DNA of 64,000 nt from Camelus ferus (taxonomy: Eukaryota). Where the stretch lies: NCBI RefSeq assembly GCF_009834535.1, contig NC_045696.1:109556001-109620000 (forward strand), in the 5' to 3' direction. The translations under genes were made by a program, and so were the position numbers. Of this stretch, positions 22,401-33,786 are shown piece after piece. Within the stretch, counting starts at the first letter, position 1; each line of letters begins with the position of its first letter. The notes beneath the pieces were generated by a model that worked only from the letters and a program-made list of their open reading frames with translations, did not search any database and was not told the origin of the DNA.

Positions 22401-24358
22401 CATCTCTGAAATCCAAGGTGGGAAGATCAGATTGAAGAGCACGGACCCCCTGACACTTGTAGGAGGGAGTGGCTCTCAGAGCATCCCTCCAGAGGCTCTC
22501 ACCTGGGGCTGCAGGGAGACAAGCTGGGCCCTTGATCAGCTCTGCTCTGGGAGAATGCAGTCCCTGCGGGCGGGACCACCAGCTCTGGCTCTACAGACCA
22601 GTCCAGTTTACCTATTTGGTGCCTGTCTGTACACGGGGCCAAGACAAACACAACCTTGAGAGGACCTGGTGGGTTGGGGGAACAGTGTTTCTGTGATGTG
22701 TGTACTCGTGGGCGGTGGAGGTCACATGGCAGGCTCCTGCCTGCTGCTCATTACCTGGGATGGAGGGTTGGCTCAGGGAAAGGTATCAGAAGGTGGTCAA
22801 GATCTAATGAGGGTTTGGGGGCCAGGCTGGACATTTCAGAACAAGATCCACTCAACCAGCCAGCCCTGTGTCCTGAAGTCAGAGTTTCTGATCTTAATAC
22901 ATTCCAGTTTCACAGAACTAACTTTTCCTTGTGCCTGAAAGAATTTGGTGGGTGGGGGTGGGGGTGGGGGGGTCTTCACATCCCAGTGCTAGTCTTACTG
23001 GGCCTGGAGCCCTGGGAGTTGAATTCTTAGCTGTATTCCCTTGAGCAGATTTCGAGGCCTCTGTGAGCCTTAGTTTCTTTCTCTGTGAAACGGTTGCTTG
23101 AGGGCAGTTCTCTTAGCCTTTCGTGTTCCCATAGTGCCTCTCCAAGGGCCTGGACCCTGGGAGATTCTCAACAAACACTTGTTTATTCCCAGTCTGAACA
23201 CGCTTCAGTCACGGACCAGGGGTTTGATGAGTGGAATGTCTCTGGTGTGTCTGAGCAAAAATTCGGATCTTCCTGAGAATCCCTGAGGCTGAGGCCCCTG
23301 CTGGGCCCTGCAAACTCGCTTTGCACCTAAAATCACAGAAAGGAAAGCTGAAGGCCTCAAAGTGTGAGTCTTCCACTTCCCCAGCGATTTATATGGCGAG
23401 TCTGTGCCCCAGAGCAGGGGCAGGGAGTGGGCCCAGAGTCCTGTTGTGAGTTGTTAACATTTCTGGGGCTGGAACCCGTGTCTCCTGTTCCCAGTCACTA
23501 ACATGTCATTGGGAAATAAGGTGACCTTGAATTGGGGAAGACAAGAATTGGGAGCCTTCCTGAGAGGGGTGAGGGTTGCCATAGTCTGGCCAGGCTTTTG
23601 GCTAGGTTGGGTGACTTGGAAGGGGTGCCAGGCTAGTTGTTTGGGAGCATGGTTTCTGGGCCCTTGGGACATGGTCATTAAGGCACTGCCATCAGTGAGA
23701 CTGGCTATTAGCCACTCTGGTCCCCTCTGGCAGGGAGCCCCAGGCCCTGAAAAACCTCCTCCCACTTTAATATGTCATTAGTGGGTTGTTTACCATAGAT
23801 TTTACAGAGCTTCTGGGGGCCCTGAGTTAGGTAGGGGACATGTGCATCCCTAAGCCTGATGGGAAGGGGGACTGCCACTACGGCCACTACTTCCATCTTG
23901 CCTGCAGTGCACTTTTACATGTGTTGGTCCTTTGTGCCCACATCCTCTGCAGCCTGTGTGGTGGAGGGAGCAGCCCTCACCCGCACCCTGGCTCTCCCTC
24001 CCTGTGTGACCTCCAAGGTAACCTCCCCTTCTGTACATGGGGAACTTGGGTCAGCTGAGCACAACAGAGACTTCTAGAACAGCATAGGCTGGCCTGTATG
24101 GGCTGTCCCCGGAAAGGGGCCAGGGGAAGGGGCTGAAGAGATGTGGCCTTCTCTAGTTTCCTGTGCCTGGCATAGTGGTAGCATTTCTCTAAGACAGCTG
24201 GATCCCAGAGAGGAGTGCCTGCCTCAGAGCCGAGCGATGAAAGGGTGCCCTTGACCAGATAACCCGGGGACCATCAGGCCTTCAAAGATCTCAGGGACCT
24301 GGTTTGAGTGGGAAGCCTTGAGGAGCCACCCTGGAGAGAACACCTCTAGCCCACAAGA

Positions 24359-24377
24359 GAGCGCCCCCTCCTGGCAG
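24359..24377 (-). promoter_or_regulatory. CTCF motif in RAB6B intron 1, reverse orientation
   Basis: Minus strand reads CTGCCAGGAGGGGGCGCTC, matching the CCASNAGGGGGCGC core. Confidence 0.6.
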
Positions 24378-27170
24378 CAGAATGGTGGCTGTGCCCTGGA
24401 CCATGGGGTACAGGCTGGCCAGCATGGTCAGCTTGGCAGGCGGAGGGATTGTGGGGAGGGTGCTGTGGACCCAGATGAAGGGTTTCCTTGCAGTAGGGAG
24501 GCTGTGCAGTCCTGCTGGTGCTCAGAAGGCTCTCTGGGTCTGCTGGCCGTGCCATTGTGCTGACGGCAGTGGTGGGGGACTGGAGGAGGGCACTTGGGCA
24601 CTTGGTGGTGTCCATAGAAGGCAGTCATGAGCAGGTGTCTGCAGAAGGGACCCAGCCCTCCTCCTGAATTCTGATGCATCCCCTGGGGCTTCTCCACGCG
24701 TGTGGCAGGGCAGAGGGATGGGAAGTGTGTGCTGCCCTCTGGCCTCTGCTCATCTGCCTTCCTTGAGGCTCCTCCAGCTGAAGCAGGAAGATTGAGGGAC
24801 ACAAGTGCAATCTACCTTCCCAGCCTGAGGCCAGCAGGCCAGCTTCTCCCTCTAATCGGTCTCCCCCCTGAGCCCCCTCCCCCCCACCCCCAGCAGTTGT
24901 GCTACTGGAGGAGCCATCCACCTCAAGCACAGGGTGAATGGCACTCCTGGACTCAGCACAGTGACCCTGCGGGCAGCTTAGTTCGTTCAGTCATTTGTTC
25001 CATCAACCCCCCTCCCCTCCCTTCCCTTCCCCCTCTCTCCCTTCCTCCTTCCAGCATCCCTTTATTTATTCAATCAGTTCTTTGAGTGTATCCCTGTATC
25101 ATGGAACTTATGGTCCACTGGGGAGCCTAGACATCTGCGGATATAATTACAGTAAAGGTCCGTGAGCACTGGGACGAAGGAGAGAGGAACAGCCACCGTG
25201 GGAGCACATAGCAGGGCGTCCTCCCCACCTCTGGGGGCGGGTGTCAGAGGAGGAAGTGCTTCTGTCTGCTGGGACTCCTTTGGGCTGAAGCAGGGAGCAG
25301 GTCTTGCCAGGGGCCCTCCCTCCCCAGGGAGTTTTATCTGCTCTCGTCTCTGCTCTGCAGAAGTGTGTGGGGTGGGAGCAGGAGGGTGAGGGTGACCCGC
25401 AGGCGTCAACCTGATAGTGCTGAGGAGGGAGGGGTGGTGCCCCCACTTCCATCTCATTCCTCGCCGCCCCGCAGGGCTCACCCTCCCCACCGTGGTGGCC
25501 CAGCCTGGCCTCTGCCTTCCCTCCACCCACTCTGCCACAGCCACCCAGGGGCCACCACTGGCCTGGGACTTGTGCCGGAGCCACGTCCCACTGCCTCCCA
25601 GCCCCTCTGGCTTTGCTGAGCCCAGCCCACCTGGGCACCCACCATGGTGGAGCTTTTTTCTGTTTTTTTCCTGAGTGTTTTTGAAAACAATTCCATGCTG
25701 CCCCATGACCTCTGTTGTCTTGGTTGCTCAGGATTTTTAAGTGTTTATTCGCTTTTTCTAGGTACAAATGCCCCATCTGAACGTTGAGTCCCTTCAGGGC
25801 AAATGTCAGCACCTTGAGGTGACTGGATCTTAGTCATCTTTCCCCCTCCCCGCCTGCAGGAGGCTTGTGCTCATTAAACATCTCATCTGAAAATGATGAG
25901 AGACCTTTGCCGTGTGGGAATCGCTGATGGCCCCTCTGTAGATTGAAAGTGAAAGAAATCAAGGTGGCTTTGAGATAGGGTTGTTCATCCTGACACCTGC
26001 CGCTTTCTCAAGCCCGAAGATTTTTTATCAGCAACACTGAAGTATCTTTCACAGAGGATGGGATCATTTAGCCTCGGTCGTGCCCAGTGCAGCATTCCTC
26101 TCACAGAAGCTGAATTCCTCAGGGCAGCCCTTATCCCCACCACCTTCTCTGAAGAACTGTGAGAAAGCAGCCAGGCCAGCAGAAGGGTGGGGCGGAAGGG
26201 ACACATCCAACCCCAGCAGAGCTCTGGGGTAAATTACCACGCAGCTGTGTGCCTCAGCCCCTCTCTGCCCAATTTTTCTCCCTGCCTCAATGGCTGGAAT
26301 GTGAGAGAGAGAGAACTTGAATGTTGGGTACAGACCCAGAACCTTTGCTTTATTTTGTTTGAAGAGGTGTGGGGGAGGTGAGACAGACAGACAGTCAGAC
26401 AGACACCAAGATGAGAAGTAACTTGTAGTTGGTTTAGGAGAAAGGTGGCGCCCTCAGTGTTGATGATAGATAACTCGAGAACTAGCCAGAAAAGAAAAAA
26501 GAAGGAATGAGGACACTCTCTGTGCAGATGTAATAGTAATTGCCATCGTTTGCATGGTCTGATCATCATTATCATTTGCAGCCTCCAAATTGTAATGAAT
26601 ACCATTAAAATGTAACCGGGTAACCTCATTGTCCTTCGCTACTTATCACGTCCCTAAAATCAGCCCATGAATATTTATGCTTATAGGTATTGCTTTGACA
26701 TTGCAGACTGGCCCAGGGCAGGCCTGAGGGTGGTACCATCTGTGTCCCACCCAGGCTGCAGAGTCCCTGTCCTCCGGCCGCGTGTCCTCCACTGTTGCAG
26801 AATGAATGAGCCATTGAGTGTGCAGGGCTGTCTGGTCTCAGTGTAAATAATTTAGAGAAAATTGATGCACAGACCCACGGGGGAAGGTGAGGGAAGGTTA
26901 GGTAGAACAGCAAAATTTATAAGCATCAGGGGTGGGCTGCTGTACTGGGCATCTCCTCAGCCGTCTATGTGTCTGTCGGTCTGTCATCCTTTTCCATTTC
27001 TCACCACAGAGAAGATGGGGAAGGTTGCCAGGGAGAAGCACCAGACACGCCCTTGAGATGGGCAGCTTTTGTGAGAGCCCGAAAGACAGGCTGCTGGGAA
27101 GTGGGGCCCAGGCAGGGCCTGGGCACTGAAGCCCCGAGGGGATTGCAGTGGTGAGGAGGCTGGTCTCTGC

Positions 27171-27223
27171 TTCCTGGAACACGGCAGGAGAGGAGGAAGA
27201 TTCCTGGAACAGGGCAGGAGAGG
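27171..27223. repeat. Tandem duplication with 30-bp period; each unit starts TTCCTGGAA
   Basis: TTCCTGGAACACGGCAGGAGAGG at 27171 and TTCCTGGAACAGGGCAGGAGAGG at 27201. Confidence 0.85.
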
Positions 27224-27743
27224 GCTCCTCACAGAGGTCCTTTACTGTTTTGGTGGGGGGGGTTGAACTTCCCCACTCCCTTTATTATTTCGCTAACTTG
27301 GGCCCGGAATTAAGTGGGATCTTTTTGAAAAAGGAAATTTCACTGCCATGACTACATCATCATTTTCGTAAAATTATCTATTTTTAGTAGAAAAGCATAT
27401 TTATCCTGGTCTCTTGGAAACAAGGCCAGTGGGAGCCTGGGTGACTCAACCATGTGTCCCGGGCTGGGTATCACCTCTTCCCAGGTGGTGGCATACCCAA
27501 GGGACAGACCAGGGTTCAGGAGAAAGCAGGTGATAACCTCACCCCTGAGGGCAGAATAGAGCCTTTAAAGCAAAGGTTACTTCCAGAAAAATGCATCAAA
27601 AGGAAGGCAGACTGGAGCTCCAGCAGGTGCTGTGGGCGGTGGACAGGCAAGGGAGGAAGACTTCATTCCAGTGCATTCTGTGCTGGAGACCACAGCTTTT
27701 TTCCAGGGCCTGGACAGTTGGGGAAGGGGCTTGCTGTCTTAGT

Positions 27744-27790
27744 GGGGTTTCCCTAGAGAAAGGGGTTTCCCTAGAGAAAGGGGTTTCCCC
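27744..27790. repeat. 18-bp tandem repeat (GGGGTTTCCCTAGAGAAA), ~2.6 copies
   Basis: Units start at 27744, 27762 and 27780. Confidence 0.9.
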
Positions 27791-30700
27791 TATGGGGGTA
27801 ACTGGCACACCCAGTCTCCCCTGCGGCTGGAGATGAGGTGAGGGCAGGTCACAGAGGCGGGCCCATGCGTGAGCTGGAACTTCATCCCAAGGGAGGTGGA
27901 GAACTGATGGAGGGGCTCAGCAGCGGAGTGGCTCAAGCACGTCGCTGCTTCGGAAGGGTCGTCATTCTAGTGGCTTGGAGAGGAGGGTGGATGGGGAGGG
28001 GTCCATTCCTTCCTGACAAAATGGAGCTGACCCTCCTGGGTTCCTGTGTCCTTCCCCCAGTTAACCCAGGTGGCATCTAGGAAAACCCACTGTGCCCAAG
28101 GCTCCACCAGGCACCGTGACCTTCCCCACACCCCATGGTAGGTGTAAGATCCGTCCTGTTTTGCAGGCCAGGAGGCAGAGGCTCAGAGAGAGCTGGTTGT
28201 GCCCAGGGACTCACGGCTGGTGTGGCAGGATTGGAATCCGAACCCTGGTCACACAAGAAACAGGGAACTGTTGGGCCTCCTGCCTCAAAGGCAGGCCAGG
28301 CTCGGGGTTGGGTGGGGTTGGGGGGCAGTGGACAGAAGAATGGTGAGGCCTTATGGACACGAGGTGCCCCATGAATGCCTCCCAGGGAATTACACACGAA
28401 GTTCTTTGCTGAAGAGGAGCCTGTGAGCACAGCATGGAGGTGGGCGGGAGAGGCCTTAGATTCCCCCAGGCTGGCGAGGGGAGGGGGCCCTGAGCGGGGA
28501 GGAGGGCAGTGGGCTCTCGGAAGGAAGCAGGTCTCTGTGCAAGAGTTCGATGGAGCCAGGGTTGCATAGCAGGCACTCTGTTCTTATGCAGAATGAGCTG
28601 CTTATCTGGGGAGATTTGAAAGGAGCTGCTTCCGGTGGCGGAAGCTAAAGCCGTCCATGAGCCCGAGGCCTACTGTGGTGGAGGAGGGACGCTCCCCAGG
28701 TTCCAGCTGAGAACTTATTACCAGGAAGGGAAGAGCCAGTCACACTGAGCAGCTGGCTCCCACCTGCTCTGGGGTAATCCTTCCCCTAGCCTCACTCTTC
28801 CTCCAGGCCTGGAGATATCGGGGCCCTGGAGATGCTAGTTCTGTCTGGGGTGTGCCCCTGGCTGGCTGTGTGGATGGATAAGCCCCAGCCCATCTCCGGC
28901 TTTCTCCATCTGTCCCCGGAGGCTCTTGGACTTGCTGATCACTCAGCCCACTGGAGCTCTAACTGGTTCTATAATTCAGCGCCAGCTTAGAGTATGATGC
29001 CAAGCCAGTAACACTCCCAGCCTGGACACGGCATGGGTTAGCGGGGCTGCAGGGATGAAGGCACGGGATCAGGGCCTCTGCCAAATGTTTCCCCCGGAAC
29101 TGCCCCAGGTCCCAGTGCAGGGTCGTCTCCAGGCTGCCACCTCGTCTCTTGGCAGGCATTCTAGGCCCACCTGCCTGGGCCCAGCCCTCCCTGCTGTGCC
29201 CCTGGGGTGCTCTGGCTCATCCTTTCTGATGATGTGTTTGGCTCAGGTTGCCAGGCAACAGGGATGGGGTTGTCCTGCCCTTCCTGCTGGCAGACGTTTA
29301 TTCCGTACAGAGAGGACCCGTGATGAGGACAGCAGAAGGGTGACAGCTCCCAGGTACTCCGACTCCAGGACTCCCTTCTGCATCCAGGTGGGTGGGTGGT
29401 AGGCAGGGAGGGCTGGGAAAGGGTCAGAGCCACCCGGGGTATGCGGTGTCCCCAGCGGACCAGCAGCCTTATTGACCCAGTCCTGGCTCCTACTCCAGCC
29501 CCATCACCAACGCAGTCCTCCTGAGCCCTGGGCTGCCACCCTAGGTGTCTGGGTGTTGGGATGTATCAGGACCACTCTGTGCTCATTTTCCTCCCCAGAT
29601 AGTAGGGTATTCATTCCCTTGTTGGACTTTCATGAAGACCAAATATATCAGTACACGGCATGTGTTAAATGCTCCAGTGAGAGGTAATTTTGTTAATGAA
29701 ATAGTGACAGCGATCCCCCACCTCCGTACATGCACAAGGGGAAGAGAAGTAGGGTGCGAGGTTTTGAGACTCACTGAGGGACCGTTTTTGTGTAGTGAGT
29801 GGCAGGACGCGCGTCCCTGTGATCTGACAGGTGGGGCTGCTTATCCCATATTACAGATGAGGGAAGTGGGGCTCTGAGAGGCATCGGCACTCACACAGAG
29901 TGCAGGACCCAGAAGCTGTTAGTGCTGAGCTGAGAAGAGCCCCCAGCTCTCTGAGTCCACGGTTGTTTGGTGTTTTCCCTGCTGCCCTGCCCAGCAGGGA
30001 GGGGCAGACTCACCCAAACCTGCCCTGTGGCCCCACAGCTGCTCACAAGCAGAGCACCTCAACTTCACTGCTCCTGGCCTTCCCCGAGGACACGGCCCAG
30101 GGGACTGCAGGCTAGAGGTTCTGTAGCGCTGTTCGTAGAACAGTGCTTGGCCCAAGGTAAGTAGGTAGTAAGTCTCAGCCAGTGTCAATAGGAACATTAA
30201 GTACACAGCAAGGCTGTGGGTGTGGTCTCCTGGGGGAATCAGGGAAGGCTTCCCAGAGGAGGTAGTGCCCAGTGAACAGAATTCACCGGCAGGCAAGGGG
30301 AGGCATTGTGAACAGAGGAAGCCTGGCTGTGCCAAGGCCGAGGGCTGTGAAGGGCATGGTCCTCCTGGGGAATCGAGGGTGGTTTACGGTGGCTGGACCT
30401 TGGCGTGGGTTGTGGGAGCGTGGTGAGAGGAGTTGAACCCTGGTTCCTGGGGCTTTGTGTCCACACACAGGAGTATGGGTCTTCCCTGCAGGCAGCGGGA
30501 TCCACTGGGGGGTTTCAGCCAAGGAGAGACATGCACATGGGTTAGAAGATGAGGATGTGGCCCAGTTGCAGGCAGGCGATCCAGGCGGCCTGAACCAGGC
30601 CAGCTGGGAACATTTAGAGGATGGCATTTAGAGGAAGGCTTGTGAGAGGTGAGCTTGAACTTCCTTCTGGCCCTGAAGTTTAGCTCCACTGGGGATGCAT

Positions 30701-33249
30701 ATTTCCTTGATTGTTTCTCTGTTGAGTGAGGACTCAGGAACAATGAAGGGCTGTAGGGGAGGGGCTTTTGTCCTTCTCTGCAAGGCCACACTGTCCTCAG
30801 GTGGACCCAGACTGGCCACCTTCAGCCCCTCTGTCCTTCCAGCCTTTACAGTGACCTGGGTTTCCTGACCGCTTCTGTCCTGCCTGGGTGCTCCTGGACT
30901 GCTGGCAGTCCTGCCGGACTCTTCCCCTCTGCCACCTGCTCAGGGCGGGATGTGCCCCCTGGTGAGAAGCTGGCCATCGGGTGTGTAAGCTCCCCAGGCC
31001 CGTGGTCCTTGGATGTGCAAGCTTCGCCAGCCCCCTCTGGCCGCTGGGTGTGGGGGCTCCCTCCACCCTCTGTCACCAGGTCTGTGAGCTCCCATGCCCT
31101 CTTGTGCAGCCTCCTGTCACTGCCCCCTTGCTGGGCTCCTCCTCCAGCACACACCTGACTTTTGCTTTCTTCCTTGGATTCCCTTGCTCTCCTCTGCTGG
31201 CTTCCAGGTCCCCAGCAAGCGCAGGGGCCCCTGAGGACTTGAGGGAGGACTATGTGGGAAAGAACCTCCCTCCTTGGACACAGAAACCCAACCTGAAGCC
31301 AGCTGCACAAAACGCAAAAGGTGGGAGCCACAGGGAGGCAGGGGGCTGCCACCCTGAACCCGGCCCCCGCCCAGAGGGGCAGGCTGTTCGGTCCCCTGCC
31401 TGCAGGCCCGCTCATGGTCCGATGAGCTGTTCTCCAGGCCTGAAACCCCTGCCTCCAAAGCCCTGGTGGCCTCTGCTCCCTGCCCCTCCTGTCATCTGCC
31501 CAAGCAGTGCTCATGGAGGTTACCGAGCCCCACCTGGGGATTCCTTTGCCAGTGTAGCTGGTGGGGGGAGAATATCCTAATTATGCATCACTGTCAGTTG
31601 CAATGTCCCCTTTGAGTAGGGCCACAGTAGTTGTCTATGAGGTCAGGATGGCTGAGGGGACCTGTGCCCTCAAGTTGATACTCAGCAGAGGTGTCACCCT
31701 TGCCCAGGGTTCCTGGCACAGAGAAAATAGCCTGGAAGTTGGTCACAAGCAGCCCAGCTCAGCTTTGATCTGTTCAAACCCCTGCTGGTCCCCTGGTTGT
31801 CCCCACCCTTGGGGCGGAGGCAGGACCAAGAGATGCATCCCTGGTTCAGGACTGGACAGCTGCAGGTGTGGCCTCCCCACGGGAAACCGTCCCCTCCAGG
31901 GGCCGTGTGTGGATTCCGAGAGAGGTAGAGAAAATGGCCCTGTTGATGAACGGGGAGTAAACATGGCTCAAACTGAAGGAATAAAGTGAAGGATTCAGAA
32001 CAGACGTTTCTTGTGTATTTCCCGGTCCAGTGGACCGAGAGGGCTGGGAGAGGAGAACCAGGGGAGTCAGGAGGTATGAGGGAAAGAGAGCCATGAGAAC
32101 ACTGAGGTGCTGGGGAGACGCTCCCACCAGACAGACAGATGTACATGTGTCCCCGCTGCAGGGCCAGCTGGCCACGTGCTGTGGCCTTGGGAAAGCCCAG
32201 TGGTACAGGGCTCCAGGGAGTGGTAGTGTCCATCCTGGGGTCCTGACCAAAAAGAATTAAAGGCTGGAGGATCCCATGGAGGCACTGATTGGTACTGGGG
32301 CACAGGAGTGATGGGACCAATTCTGTATCTGTGTGGAGGACCAGGTGAGGGATGGGGGCTACAGCTGTAAGGAGGGCTGATGACCCCAGCCAGGCAGAGC
32401 AGGGGTGGAGAGAAGGGATCTCGCCTCTTCCTGGGGGATGAGGGAGGGCTTCATCAGCTCCATTGCCGCAGTGCTGCAGACGCTGGGCTTCCACGAGCAG
32501 AATGAGCCTCGCCTCTCCCTCCCCGAGGCCGGTCCGCGCTGCCCCACGGGGACCCTGCGGTTCCCAGACTGGGCTGCCGTGAATAGGGTCAAGCCTTGAG
32601 GGCAGGAGATCTTTGGTTCTGTTCTTCTCTGTGTAGAGAGCTCCTCTGAGAAGGGTTTCTTTTTAGGGAGAAAAAAGCCACTCCCAGATTAGCCACTTAT
32701 TTTTAGGATATTAACAGATCCTACTTGTCACACCAGGATCCGGAAATTCTCCTCTGATTCTAATTCATGAAGCACCCCCTTTTTCTCCTCCACATCCAGC
32801 CAACGCACTTGAGGCTGCTGCCCAGATCAGAATGTAAAGTGCAGGCCTGGAGAGGTGCCCAGCTGGCCCTCCCACCCTGGTCCTCTCCTACCTGCGTCAT
32901 CAGAGGGCAGGACTCCAGGTGCAGAGCCGGAAGAACTCAGCTCCTCCCCTGCCTCCATCACGCAGCTCGAGGGTCGCTCGAAGCCAGAGTTCAGGTCTAG
33001 ACAGCAGTGTCTGCTCATCTACCCACCTCAGCTCAGGGGAGGGCTGGAAGTGCTGTGGGAAATGCGTGGGGAGGTCATCACAGCCCCTGCCCTCCCACAG
33101 CCTCTGCCCAGGCTGGCTGGTGGCTTCAGTCTAAGGCAGAGAGACCTGTGAGGCTCTGTTGCAGGTGACCAGCTGCCTCGCCCCACTGCGGGAGAGGAGG
33201 CAGAGGCAGAGTGAAGCGAAGAGGGGCATCTTTTAGGAATGTGAGATAG

Positions 33250-33786
33250 TGTGGCAGATGTGACCTAAGGTGACCCGAATGGGACACCCCCTTGTCTGGT
33301 CCCCTCCCTCTGAGTGCAGGTGGAACCTAACCCTTGCCTCTTGCCAGTATTGTAGGGCAGAGATGAGGGGCTGTCAGTCCCACGGTTGTTTCTTTAGAAG
33401 ACTCCTCTTACTGGCCTTGAAGAAGTGAGCTGCCGTGTGGTGAGAGGGCAATGAGGAGGTCACGTGGCTAGGAACTGTGGGTGGCCTCTAGGGCAAAAGC
33501 AGCCCCTGGCTGACAGCCTGCAGGAAAATAGAGACTCAGTCCTCCAGCCACAAGGGACTGAATTCTGTCAACAACCACAGACAGGAACTTGGAGGAGGAC
33601 CGCGGGCTCCTGAGAGACACGGAGCTCAGCCAGGACACGATTGTAGCCTTGTAAGACTCTGAGCAGAGGACCCAGAAAAGCCGAGCCCAGACTCCTGCTC
33701 CACAGGAACAGTGACATAAGAAATGTGTGCTGTTTTGATCCACTAACTTTGTGGTGTGTGTTACACAGCAGAAGATAACTAATACA
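33250..33786 (+). mobile_element. MaLR LTR (MLT1E/F-like)
   Basis: TGTGGCAGA...CTGGCCTTGAAGAAGTGAGCTGCC...GGAACTGTGGGTGGCCTCTAGG...TTACACAGCAGAAGATAACTAATACA. Confidence 0.8.
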
